Positions 49,791 through 63,319 of a stretch of 64,000 nt of DNA are shown piece after piece. Numbering within the stretch: position 1 is the first letter of the stretch; each line of letters begins with the position of its first letter. The stretch comes from Haliotis cracherodii (Eukaryota): contig NW_027266297.1 in the NCBI RefSeq assembly GCF_022045235.1, positions 11,656,001 through 11,720,000 on the forward strand, read 5' to 3'. The notes below the pieces were generated by a model. That model did no database searches and was not told the DNA's origin. It saw only the letters and a list, made by a program, of their open reading frames with translations. The position numbers and the translations under genes were made by a program.

Positions 49791-52700
49791 ATGCTGTATG
49801 GCTGTCATTTTAACAAGCGGTCCATAGCTACGTATCGTGTTATCCATAGTTCGAGACAGGCAGAGTGTGATATTGGACCATAGTGCAGGACTTTACTAAG
49901 ACTATCAAGTAACACTGTTTGAAGCTCGAGTTGATGTTTTACAATAATTTCTTTGAAATCCCTCAGGTAATGTCTGTGGGTGTCTGTATTATTGTTGTAA
50001 GTTAATGTCAGTGTGTCACACACAACAACATGCGCAGCGACACTGGCCAGTAGTCGATTCGATGAACAACATTTATCATTCCAAACTTGCCTCCATGGGA
50101 TATATCGCTTAGGTGCTTTGCAGAGTATTATGACGTCATCGGTTACCATGACGTCAAAAACATTCATCTCTAATCTCTCCACCATCGAAGCTGGGTGGCT
50201 GTACTTTTCACACTGATTATATAGAAGTTATAAATGAGCAAGTGTTTGATACTGATTTTACGACACAAAAGTCAGAATTCTTGTATTTCCCATGAATACA
50301 TGAATTCTTTTAGCAGTGTACACGAGTACAGTATGAGACACACAGTTGAGTGTACAGATTTCTTTCTTACCCATTATTTCTTAATCATTTTGAGTAGCCT
50401 TAGAAAACCACTATTGTCGGAAGACTTCAACAGCTATGACATTATTTCTAGTGTTACGTCATTCCGACCTTACGTCACAATTAGATTCGAATGACATCAA
50501 CACTTCCGTACGGATGACATAAACAATACACTGGTGCGCGTGAAGTGATATTTGCACTAGTGCACATATGAATGTTATTAACTCTGTACTTTCTAAAAAT
50601 ACAAGATATTTCATGTGTGGAGTGAAATATCCTGTTTTTCTGTCGGAGAGAAAGGAGATATTTTCACGAGCGGCATAGCCACGAGTGAAAATATGTCCTT
50701 TTCTGCCCGTTACGAGATGAGAGAAGCTTCATATTCCAATCCAATTTCATATCCTACTTATTATATACTTTTTGTGTAGTTATCTCCCGGAAAATAAAAT
50801 TATTTCCTAACAAATGTAAAACCATGAAATGTATATTCTCCCTACCTCACACACAGGTACGGTTCACCACCTATTTGCGACTAAAAAAGTAGTTTCGTGT
50901 TTGCAAAATCTTAAAATATATATATCAAAAGTAACAAAAAATATTTAGGGTCACGAAAATTCTGTACCATACATATTAATATGATTATATACAAAATCGA
51001 CGTAAACAAAAAATAGTCTGTTGGAAGCGAAAGAATACACGCTCGTCAAGTAACAAAAATGGCGCTTTGCGAGACGAACAGTCTCGATTGAAGAGTTAGA
51101 TGAGAAATTTACAGTTTATAACGAAACATTTTCAAGAGACTAACAAACGGCATGAAGCGATAGTAATTCCATAAATAACCATCTGTCACTATTTTGCCTT
51201 GTCAATGTGGAACTAACGTAAAAAGGAAGTCAATAGTTTGTGTACGGGACAACACACGATAAAGGGAGATAATTTGAGGGGATGTAACTCTTGTATGACA
51301 ATAGTTCCGTCAAAGTGTCTGGTTGACAACAGTGAAATATCAAGTGTGTTGTTCACTGCAGTGAAATAGCAAGTGTGTTGTTCATTGCTATGAAAATATC
51401 ACTTGAAATATACAAAAATATTGTTTACAAAATGAAAATGTTGGGAGTTACTAGTATTAATACAGTTGATATCAAAAACCTGCATCAGTATGTCTCAGTA
51501 GACGAAGAAAATTTGGTACTCAGATTAAAACCTTGATGCCTCTGTCTTGTTTCGTCTTCGGATAAATTCCAGGTGTATGGGTTATGCATTCTTTCATGGA
51601 ACACCGTTCAGGTAAAAAAAAACGGGGTAGAATAGTTCCCCAGCAACCTTTACTTGTCGTAAGAAGCGACTAAAATGATCAGGTGGTCAGGATCGGTGAC
51701 TCGGTTGATTGCGTATCATCGTACCCCAACGGCATGGGACGTTACTCGTGATAACAATCACTGGATTGTTTGGTCCAGACTCGATTATTTATAAACCTCC
51801 GTCATTAGCTGGAACATTGGTGAGTGTGGAGTTAAAGAAAAGAAAAACACTTTCAGGTTGTAGCACCGTTATGTCAAAGCTTTTGGACACTTTTGGCGAG
51901 AGCTCGGCTTTTCCAAGTTGGTGATTTCGTTACTATTCATAATGGATCTTTTACAGGTCACATTTGTTTATATTTCATTATAATTATTATTTAGAAAAAA
52001 ATATACATGTACTTAAGCATCTGTAGTTAATCTTGATGTAATACATAAGTTGTCTCAAAGGTCATCCATCACGCCCAATAACTTGTGACTCTATAATTAA
52101 ATATTCTACTCCCTTCCCTGCATTGTTTGCATCAGTTTGGCTTGTACCTGTTTGTCGGTTGGCTAGGTAGCAACGGGGTGCTTTCTGTAATTGACAACCA
52201 TTAGATATACACGTCAACCTGGTGCCACCATGTCAGTCGGTCTCCTGGTGCGATTGCGTCTGTGTTAGGTAAGGTCTGATTGCAGTTTGGAATCAGGTGC
52301 TAATAACAAGTATTTGTCATTCATAAATTATTACCTCACTGACCCTACACCATTATCGTCTGCTCGTTGCACGTGGCACGCGACAGCTGGTCGAATCACA
52401 CCGAGCAGACGACAGCTGTGGTCAGCTTGTCCGGTGGTCATTTTCACTCATTATTGACTTGGCGTCCACGCGACCGATACAAAGAGCTGGTTTAAATCTC
52501 CTGGGACAGGACTACAGACAAAAGCTAACGGTAAACTCAAGCTGGGTGATGAACGAGGTTAAAAGCAGATCAGAGAAATCTGAGGCTTCAAAGTCTCTGA
52601 GGCTACACCGCCATCCGCCTGAAAGTACTTAGGACTTGTTCGTGTGTAGACGGTGCTCAGATTGACGCAACCAACTGATTAAGCTGCCCTGAAGAAACAA

Positions 52701-54274
52701 AGCAGCTTTAGTTTCAATCAATAACATTTGCAACATGTGACATCTGGGCCCCCCGCTAGGGTACAGTCACTGACAAGTAAAACACGTGGTCCCACCCGGA
52801 ATAAAACCAAACAATAGTCAAAATAAAGTTGAATTCTTATCACGTGTTGCTTTATTTTAACTGTTCAACGCCGAGGCCTTTTGTCATGTTTCAGCTTTTG
52901 GTCAAACAGTAGGAATGCAACAGCCGTGTTGAAAGTTGAAAGCAGTTAGCGTGCGGCACAGAGGTGTACTGGGGGGATCGGGCGTTGTATTCTCCTCCCC
53001 TGCCCCACGCGAACACACAGCCGTGGCGGGTATCCTGTGACAAATATATTACACCTATACAACATCTTGATGTTTCTCTACCCCTACTGAACAGCAGCTG
53101 TTGAAGTGAATTGACAAGGGAGTACACCAGCTGACAATAATTCATCGGATTAGCATACATACTTCTAGCTGTACCAACATTTATTTTAAGCTTATTTTCA
53201 TATATATGGAAATGCGGAAATAAGAATTTACTAGCGGTTATTTAATATAAACCGAGAAGCAAAAGAAACCACACCGCTCAGTTGATTTATCATGTTTAAT
53301 TTTCATTTAAGCAATATTATATCCAAAAAAGTAACTAAAAGCACTTAAAGAATAATTCTACATGGTTTTTTTAATTTCAAGAATATAATTTGATAGCAAA
53401 CTTTTTTTAAATATTTAAGAAATCGCATACACAAGTGCTGGTGGGTATCTTAGAAATCTTATCTTTGAAAGTAAATACATGTGTTTGGGGTTTTATGGTT
53501 GCAAATAGATGTCTTGTCCAAATCTTCACTGAACCAATCTATTTTACACAAAATTACCCAGCTATAGATTACTGTTTACAAACCTTTGCAGGAATGAGTG
53601 ATGGTTAAATTACATAAAAAATAACCCTCGGTATACTTTCTTTTGTCCCTTAGTTTATTTAGATTTTACAATAGCAGATATATGACTTTATATACACTCC
53701 AGTGGTTGCCGGGTTGTACAGATGGGTTATATCTTCGGGGTTATTGGCCGGGGGAGGGTGGGTGTGGGAATATCACCCCCAAAACAAGACAGGTTCATAT
53801 TGTTAAACGAGAAGATAAATTGCGAGGGGCATGGCAAAATGGACAGTTGTTTTTTGTTTAAGTAAAATGTAGTGTCATTTTTCATGAGAAAATAAACACT
53901 ATGTCTGTTTCGTGTGTCACAGTGGACAGTAATGTGTGGTCAAGGTCGAAATGGACAGCAACCTGACGTATTTTATGTGATACATATATCTGAGAGTACA
54001 ATAGCTAAAAATTGTCTCAGAAACGTTTGATATTTATTAACGTTTTTAAATGTTTCGTGAAAAAAATATGTGATAATACATTTCCATATTTGGTAAACCT
54101 ACTAAGCATTCTCTCAGATTCATACTTCTGAACAGAAACAGGAATTCACCATTAAGACTTTGAGATTCGCACAATGTACGCGCATATACATTCACATGCA
54201 AACGTAGAATCAGCACACGCGGTACAGCATATTTGATTGCATCCTCGTTTATCCAAGGTATTTTTATAAACAAT

Positions 54275-54450
54275 AAGGTATTTCCTCGATTAAACGCCGG
54301 ATCTGTATTAAACACCGTACCTCGAGTAAACGCCGGGTATTGTTTATATGCAGAATAAAGAAGAATTCCCATTCTTTGCGATTTAACGTTGGGGCTAAAG
54401 ACTGTCTGAAAGAAATGTACCCCTGTGCGTTTAATAGAGGAAATACGGTA
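54275..54450. mobile_element. Small pogo/Tigger-like MITE
   Basis: Inverted ends gtatttcctcgattaaacgc / gcgtttaatagaggaaatacggta. Confidence 0.7.
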
Positions 54451-55359
54451 CACTGGACAAATTCGCTAACAGAGAACGATACCAAAGAAAGGTATCAAAC
54501 TACTGTGGCTAGCAAGAGACATTCCGTGCTAAGTTAGTGAGTAGGGACATCACTTCCAAATCAAAGCCTATCTACTCGAGTATGATTTGATAGGACATTA
54601 AATACACGGTTAAAAACGAGATCTTATCGCTCTGGTGATCTTACCTCATATACTAGTACTTTAACACAGACTTACGATAACGACGCTTTGGAAACGAAGC
54701 CATGCAGGGCTGCTTTGTACCATGTCGCACTTAATGTCGGACGGCAATTAAGAACGCTGATCGATTTGTTTTATTTTAAATTCTGCAAAAAGCGGATCAA
54801 TTATGTCCATAAAGAAGTAACGAACAGCTCGTTTACATCGCAGAAGACCATAAACATATAACGTTGCAGTGAAAAGTGATGACATTGAATATGACTATCG
54901 ATCTTAGAATGCAAGTGGACCGGAACCGTTTGCTAAACAGCTGCTGAAATATTCAAACTGTTTAATGAAAAATTGATAATTGAATGAATAAATATATTTA
55001 TACAGCATGTCATTAGCTGGTAACTTATCAGACACCAAGAACATACGTGCGTGTAAATATTATCACATCGCTTTACAAGATTCACTTGCATTTTGTTCGG
55101 TAGTGTTTTTTGTCTGATATTTGATAAATCGGTTAATGACCTGAACGGGATTATTAGTGTTAGCATAATTCCATGAAACAAACTGTCGAATATGACAGAA
55201 AATCCTTCTCTGCTCCATCGTGATTGTATACGCAAGATCTCTATCAGCGACAAAATCAGGCAGGTTTGGGGACTGGTTCAGAGACGGGTGAAACAATACC
55301 TGAGGCTGTCACCCCTATTCCAGCAATGGGCGGTCCCTACATTCACTGATACCTCGTTA

Positions 55360-55535
55360 TCGACACGTGGCCGGCGCGCGACCATATTCCCGCAGGGATG
55401 AAAGGATGGGCGACAGGCGTACACAACACGATTCGTTCTCGCCGTGCGGTGCGCTCTTTGTTTCAAGGTCGGCAGTTGCTACCGAGGGCCAGGCCAGTTT
55501 GCCTAACGGTTCCAAAAGTCGTATAAAAGGCAAGC
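55360..55535 (+). promoter_or_regulatory. CpG-rich putative SPSB3-like promoter
   Basis: CACGTG at ~55364, GC-rich tract, TATAAAAG at 55522. Confidence 0.45.
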
Positions 55536-55683
55536 TTGGGACGCACAATGCATGTTAGGCCTGGACCGGGTGGGTGGAGGGGCGGTTGTACCCGTGGATA
55601 CCGTCCAACACCGCGAGCGGAACACACCCAAACAGCCGGCTGAAACACTTGGAGCAGACGACAACTATAAATCTTGCAGCAAG

Positions 55684-56355
55684 ATGCCAGATTCATTGAA
55701 AGACGGCTGTGAGGCCCGGTGGGCATGGAGCAGACGGGACAAATCTCACGAAGTAAGATTGTATGGTAAAAAGATGCAGACGGCCCATTTCCACCCCAAC
55801 TGGAGCAACGGCACTGCCGGTGTTCGAGGTACCAAACCCCTCAACTATGGCAGGCACTACTGGGAGATCAAGATTTCTCAAAGGATATTCGGAACAAGCA
55901 TGATGTTCGGTATCGGCACAAAACATGCCCGTCTGCATGTGGATGCGTTTGTAAACATGCTCGGCGAAGATGAGCACAGTTGGGGACTCTCACACAAGGG
56001 CCTTCTCTGGCATAATGGAAAGTGGAGGCGATATTGTTCTCCATTCCAGGAAAACGAATCGACAATAGTTGGCATGTTATTCGACTGGTCAACAGGAACA
56101 CTGACGTATTTTAAAGATGGAGAGTGTTTAGGAGTCGCATTCACGGAACTGAAGAAAATATCCGACGGTTTGTATCCAATCGTCTGCTCCACAGCTGCTA
56201 AGACAGAAATGACCTTGGGGTTAAAGTGGCGAAGCTTTTCCAACTTGCAAGACCGGTGCCGAGCTACTATTCTTACTAACCTTGCAGAGGAAAATTCTAT
56301 TGAGAGACTACCACTGCCAAATCCTATGCGAGAATTCTTGCGAGAAAGTGGCTGA
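55684..56355 (+). CDS. SPSB3: SPRY domain-containing SOCS box protein, SPSB3-like, intronless
   Basis: AHFHPNWSNGTAGVRGTKPL..GRHYWEI...IFGTSMMFGIGT...SWGLSHKGLLWHNG; C-terminal SOCS box NLQDRCRATIL...IERLPLPNPMREFL; upstream in-frame ATG at 55552 also possible; orthology unconfirmed. Confidence 0.9.
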   Translation: MPDSLKDGCEARWAWSRRDKSHEVRLYGKKMQTAHFHPNWSNGTAGVRGTKPLNYGRHYWEIKISQRIFGTSMMFGIGTKHARLHVDAFVNMLGEDEHSWGLSHKGLLWHNGKWRRYCSPFQENESTIVGMLFDWSTGTLTYFKDGECLGVAFTELKKISDGLYPIVCSTAAKTEMTLGLKWRSFSNLQDRCRATILTNLAEENSIERLPLPNPMREFLRESG

Positions 56356-59300
56356 CCTTAATTGTTGTTGTTTGTGTTTTATGCATTCATTTATCAACAT
56401 CGATCGTTTCATAGATTCATATGAAATACAGAAACCAACGGGAGAAATCTGTCTCAACTGTACAAAGACTTCCAAATATTGACTCCAATATGGCGTGCTC
56501 GTCCTGACAGCATTGTTTCGCCCGTCGCTGGATGCTGCATAATTGATAGCTATAATCGATACGAAGATCTATGGCCGCTTGTCCCCAATCTGTTGCCCTT
56601 TGTTCGGGACGGGGTATGGGTAAGCCAAATTCACCACCGTTATTATAACTTCCTACAAAGGTTTCCAGTGATGTGTTTCCAAATTATACATTTGACATTA
56701 ATAATTCAAGACGAACACTTCGGAATGTTTCCACATCATGGACAATGCGAAACAAAGGACAAAGCTGCCACAGACACTGATTTTGAAATGTCGCCTAACG
56801 CTGACATTTCGTGTATAGTCATTAAGTTATTAGTGAAATATTTCCAAGTGCTATTTTTGTACAGAGCTTACGGGTGATATCGTATGATACAGTAAGCAAG
56901 GATGAGTCCAAGCTAGTCAAATTGTGAATATGGATGTGTGTTATGTTCGTATCAAATGTTTGTTCGCAATTTCGTTCATTGTTGTTTATACGCCAAATAT
57001 AATATTATGAGGATAATTCTTCAAGCAACACAATGTAATTCGTTTACTCTAATTATATTCCGAAATATATGGATTCAGTATGTTCGATTCTGTTCATGAC
57101 AACAGTTTCAGCTGTTCTGATCAAATAAAGTGAATGCCGGGCGAGCACTTACACTGACGCTGTATGGAAATCGATTTCCAACATATTCTTTAGAAATAAC
57201 CATCAACGCTGCTCTGGTCATAGCTTCATTCAGAACCAGAACGACAATGTCATTACGCGTGTTTTAGCAATGAGCGTTTTGCTAACTTACTTTTGTGTAT
57301 GTGTCTATTTATGTATGGAAGACTGACTTCAACATTGTCATTCCGTGACGATAACAGGCGGGTACCATGTGCAATATATTTATGAAACTTGTCAATAGCA
57401 AGATATAATATATTTTACTATTTGAATGTTGTAGTATTCAATCTGCTTTAATTTATTGCCTTAGAGAATTTCACGGGTCGTTGAAATCCATTGTACATAG
57501 ACCCTTATGCAGTAGTTTCAATGTATGTTTAGTAGCGATCTGATAGAAGTCATTTTTTACATCGATGTATTGTAGATGAAGTCATGTTTTATAAATTTAA
57601 AAAATGAAGTAAACATTTATTCTGTATGAGACTTACCTTTTTGGTCGTTTGATTCACATGTGATTAGTTCTGGAAATTGGTAGCGTGTGCATTTCCATCC
57701 ATCCTCGGCACACAGTGGTACATTCCTGTTCGCTCTACGTGTACAGATTAGAAGAGAGTGGCGAACAGAACGTGTGCCATGTACACCGGGGATTCTGGAA
57801 CGGTCGTAGTTTTCACATTTGATGAATAAAATCCTTCATTTTGGAAACCAACATTAAAAATTAGAAACCCAATAATAGGGAAATTTATTTGATGTGAAGA
57901 TACCATAATGTTATTTATAAATGAATATGTATCTGCTACCAATGTTCAAGATTTCCACAACGTTTTACTGAATATTATACACCTGAGACTAAGCTGATCT
58001 CTCTATTGATAGGTTATATTAAGTTTAGTAGGTAAATATGCATTTACACTTTTCCAAACTCCAGATTTTCAAAGGATTTTACCAATAGTTTGCCATAGCC
58101 GAATTTGTTATTCCCACAAACAATAGATACATTACAACGACTTGTTTGATTGGAAGTGAATGAGTTGTAGCCGTTTTCCGGTATACTGCGCAGCATTTTT
58201 AAAAAGAGACCTTTGTGATGTGACAATTCGCGTTAAAAAAATCTGTAATTTTGTTGAATGACGTCTACTGATGGTTTACCCGGTCCGCTCCGAAATCTCT
58301 GCATGTATGCAGTTCACGAATTTACACTTCAAATAATCTTATTAGTTTTCATAATTTTAGATAAACTACACTGATTTTATTAGAAACGTTAAGAACTTAG
58401 TTTCTTTTGTGTAAGAAGTTAAACGAAGGTAGATGCGCGTGTTATTGCTATTCGACGACTTAATTACCGGGAGTAAAGAAAAACATTACGTTTAGAAGTT
58501 AATTTCTCCGTTAGCTAAGCCTCACTGAAATAATTACCGCGTGCCGATTCTTCGTAACGTTGGGAGGGGTAGAGAGGATGTTAGCTGCCATTGTCTCGGT
58601 CATTATTGATTGATCGTGCCCGTATGTCGAGAGAGCTCTCTCCCAGTGGGGGTTATTTTTCGTTATTTGAAATGCTTTGAACCTCACAGTCTCGCTTCGG
58701 TTTGCACTAATGAGTTCCATTCGACAAAGGTATGATCACGTGACCGACATGATGCATAATTAACTATAGGCGGTTCATTTCACAGATGTAATTTGAGGAC
58801 TAAAATAGAATAAGTTATTTGAAAAGGATTCTTGGAATTGCCCTTTGTCCTGATATACTTCCTTATTAATGTTCACCGACTTCGATTGTAAAAATATAAA
58901 ATGGGAAATTTGTTTCTTGATATTTTAATCTTTATGTTATCTGTTTTGGTGAATTGAATTAGAAATATCTGCATACTTTTGAGGGACGAAGCTTTGGGCA
59001 ATTAACAAAATTTAAGAAATGATTAAAAACGTCGAAGACTTTGGGAAAGAATATGTCAATCGAACAGTTAATAACCTTATTATAAAGTAATCTCCTGAAT
59101 ATTGTCATAGTTCTCGTTATCGCGATAATAAGTGAAGCTTTGCGTAGCGGCAGTGAGCATCAGTATCTGATTTTGATGAAAATGATTACAGGGAGACACT
59201 GTTTCGGTTTGACGCAAGACGCATACATTTAGACCTGGGCTCCTGCACTGGAGCATAGACCTATGCTATTGCACGTGCACTTTGCATTGTCTATACTTAA

Positions 59301-59679
59301 TGGTACAATAGCACATTATTATATAGTGTACTGACGAAATACCAATTACAAATAATTATTTTATGCTTATTATAATCAGGTTGTCATTCATGAAGGTTGT
59401 TATTGGGTTGCGTACCAAGTACAGCCATTGACCAATATACCCAAGCAACGAGATGCGGATATTTATCACTGTATAGTATACATGTATAGTCAGTCGAGTG
59501 GATTGTTACGTGCATATACAGGTGTAAGGGTGAACTGTCATCTATAGAGGAGTATCATTGACTTGCTTGGGAGTGTTCGGAAACGTTTGTTTGAGAGAGA
59601 CGCCCCAGTTTTACTGATTGACGTTAAAATATTCTACAGAAAGAGCCGAGTGGTGACGAATACGGTTCTCTTAGTAGTT

Positions 59680-59796
59680 CTGGGCCTTGTTCCACAATGC
59701 GAGCGTAGCGCTACGACTGTCGTAAGTCTATGTTTAAGTGTAATAATAGGAGTTACAACCATCTTAACGCTACGATCGCTTTGTGGAACGGGCCCC
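59680..59796. mobile_element. Palindromic MITE (relatives at 7073-7160, 26485-26592)
   Basis: gggccttgttccacaatgcga ... tcgctttgtggaacggggccc inverted ends. Confidence 0.7.
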
Positions 59797-60389
59797 GGGC
59801 CGGCTCAGGTTATATTCTCAGTAAATGGGATCTGTTGTCACTGATCTGGTGGCAACCGACATGTATACATTGGACAGACGCAGGTAGCTGGGAGAGAATT
59901 CTATTATTAATGAGATTTCTCTTGTGTTAAATTTAAAATCTGCTGTTAACTTTTATCGCAGAACGCTAGTATCAATGACAAAACACATGGCACGTGCGTT
60001 GTATTTTCCCGAGTATTTTATCCTGAAATTATTCAGCTGTTGCCTAGCGTGTCGTTATGTTTAATGAGTAACTGAGGAATGAATTTTTTATATTTTTTTG
60101 CGAATTTAGAACGGTTATTATGCCGTAGCTTTGCTGCTTGTCAATCGGCTGTGTGGTGTATTGCGTTCAACATTTGAAAGGCGAAAACGAAAGTAGATTT
60201 TACTTTGAATATTACAGTGAATGAGATCAATGAGAGCTGTCTGAGCATATTTGCAATATTCATTACTGAGTTGGTTCACATAGTTAAAATTCACGTTCTG
60301 TAGAAATATCTGAAGGAGTAATGACGTAATTCCAGCCAGGCATCTATCGAATATAAATGCTGGCTGCCATAGTCTGAGTTCGTCCTCAC

Positions 60390-60522
60390 TTCGTTCGCTC
60401 GTCACGCCGAAGGCCCGGGTTCGATTCCCCATATGGGCACAATGTGTGAAACACATTTCAGGTGTCACCTGCCGTGACATTGATGGAATATTGCTAAAAG
60501 CGGCGTAAAACCATACTCACTC
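60390..60522 (+). mobile_element. Short tRNA-derived SINE, family B (also 28316-28475, 30430-30568, 31740-31915, 36560-36705, and 36835-36990 minus)
   Basis: gttcgctcgtcacgccgaaggcccgggttcgattcccc...tggaatattgctaaaagcggcgtaaaac(cact)n. Confidence 0.82.
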
Positions 60523-61122
60523 AATGGTGTAGGGTAATTCCCTATTTTATTGGACATGTTCAGCTTCTGCTGATTTTAACTGTGAATGTCTTTTTTGTAA
60601 GACATTAGGTTTATATACATATAAAACTTTGCTTTAGACAATGAAACCCCGTTGTTCCGGAACGCAATTTCCCCAATCCCCCACCCCCTCTACGACTGCT
60701 CACTAAACATCATACCACACTCTGTCATGAAGTCTCTCTACCCAAAAAACCCGTCATATTTGAAAGTTGCGTTGCCAGTGGTTATTTGTTTAAAAAACAT
60801 CATGTTTAGATCATGTATTCTTAGTAATAAAATGTCACAGATTTTATTTAAAGGATGAATTTATGTGGTCATTGTGTTGTGTTGTTTCATATAGCTCACC
60901 TTAATGTGTACGTTACTTCCCACAGGCAACACGGTGTGTTATTCAGATTGTCATAGCAAGCCTTCTTCATGTCAATAATACTGATTTTATGGTACAATAA
61001 AGAGCAATATAAGATACGTTTGATGTATATTTATGTTAATGGCAGAAACCTAATTCTTATGGTAATTTCGGTAACTTTTAAAATGTGAAATACAGAAACA
61101 CGTGCTCATTTCAATAATAATA

Positions 61123-61478
61123 GACCGCCTCCGTGGTCTAGTGGTAGAGCGTCCGCCCGGAGAGCGGAAGGTCCGGGGTTCGATCCCCGGCCTCGTCATA
61201 CCAAAAGACGTTAAAAGATGGTACTTGTTGTTACCCTGTCTTGCGGTCGGCATTAAGGGGCTAAAACAAGGACTGGTCGGCTCGGAGTCAGTATACTGTG
61301 TCTGAGTGGGGTATTCATGTTAAACTGCGGCATGCTATCTCAGTGGGCTAGCACTATAAATCGGCATCAGTCCGGACTAGTACAAGCAGCCACACAAACA
61401 CACACACGTACATGCACGTCGCTATATAAGTGCAGTAATCTTGGACGCGACGTTAAACCCCATTTCACCCCACCTTCA
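61123..61478 (+). mobile_element. tRNA-derived SINE, family A, full length
   Basis: A box tggtctagtgg, B box ggttcgatcc, conserved body, tail ggacgcgacgttaaaccc. Confidence 0.88.
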
Positions 61479-63319
61479 ATAATAATATAAACAGCCGGGC
61501 AAAAGAAAGTATTCACTTGAAAATTGGATTCGACCAAGAAATTACAACTTTACCCGGCCTAATACAGTCACCGAAACACTGCAAACGTAAGACCCAAAAC
61601 GCAAGTATGATACCCGTATCAAATACATCACCATCGAATAACCATTTCTTGTTTGTTTCATGTTTAGCCACCATCAGACATGGGTGTATACTTTCTTTTG
61701 CCTGCCAGTTTACATGTACAGTAAACTACGGTTATGACGAAGTCAAAGGGACCACTCATTTTAGTTCCTAATAACCGTAGTTCGTTATAAGCGTATATAC
61801 AGCATATATACAACAAAGGGCCGGGACTAAAATTAAGTTCGTTATATCGGTCAGTTCGTTATAAGCGTGTTCGTTATAAACGTAGTTTATTGTATATTCC
61901 TTCATAAAGGCTGACACGTCTCTTCGGGGTCTGTATGTAGATCGACACAATTAAATTAATTTGAACACTTCACTGAACGTTTAAGAGAGTAAATATGTGC
62001 GACAGATTGAAAGGTGCGACAACCTTAGGTTATAATTGATAACCCTCCGTCTTTAATTAATTTCGGGAAATAGTACCCGCTCCCATTTCTTTCATGCTTT
62101 GTTACGTTTAAGATTTAATAACCTCTGAGGGACAGATTCACGTGGACACGAAACGATTCAGCTCTTGTGAATAGCCCCCCACCCTCCCCTTACCCCTGAC
62201 TTCACCCCGTCTCCTTCACCCCCTCCCCTTCACCCCTCACTCGGTTTTACAATGGGCGTCCACTTCAGCTACTTGGAAACACCTGCTCGCGAGCGTGTGC
62301 TAATTGACAGGTAGTAAGTTTTAACATTAACGGTCGATCAGGTGATAATTTACAGGGGGGTAAAGTTGAGAAAACTGGACACCCTATATTAATTACAGAA
62401 TTTAAGGGGTTTCAATTAGTTTGCAAACGACAGGGTCAGTTTGGGACGGAGGGGTAAGGATACGACCCGGGCTAGGAGGTCAGGGGGTCGGGAATGAAGT
62501 TCACCCCACAAGCTGTCTCATTATTCACCTCGAGACCCGGCCCCTGCGTTGCCCGGATCAGTTCCGAGGGATAAAAGCAGAAAACATTTATCATTTGTAA
62601 ATATCTGAAATAGCCCACAGGTTCTTGTTCTGTTGCTAATGGAAATGTTAAAGTTGAAACTGCAACTTTATTATAACCTAATTATTCTTAGGACAAAATA
62701 ACTTTTTGAAAATAATGACAGCAGTATGTGTTTCAGAAAACGAAATATGTTGGTATTGGCATGTCGTACCTATCATCAACCGATACTGAAGACATATATT
62801 AGGGCAAAGTTGGTAATAAATGTATGTAGCATATACTTTTGTCTGAATTAATTCAGTCTTGTCTTTTTTTCACCACAAGTTATTTATCAATAAAAAAGCG
62901 CGACTCCTATATGCACTGTTAAAGTGTTTGTTTTCACGCTAAAGTTCCATTCCCCAATGGAATGCAATGTGTGAAGCCCGTCCTTGGTGCCCTAAATACA
63001 TTTTCGCATTTAATACACGCTCGCGTTAATTTCAAGATTTACAGTAACCGAGAGCTCACTCACTTACTCACCGACTCCCCCACCCACTTATTTACTCACT
63101 CTCCCATAAATTATGGTGGCGCACCGGCACAGTCACGCATCTAATCTCTAAGTATAGTTTTATAACACTGTCGACATGTGCCCATATCTCTGCTGAACCG
63201 TGTGTGGTATTGTCAGCTGCCTGTCCAATCCTGGGCAATAGTCGTATATAACCACGCCCGATGCCAGGCACACTTTCCCATATTCATTTATTGAAAGGTC
63301 GTGTGTCAATAAACACTCC

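Noticed and set aside
61123-61195. tRNA gene (also 47331-47440)
   Set aside because: A/B boxes continue into a multicopy SINE body; these are SINE heads
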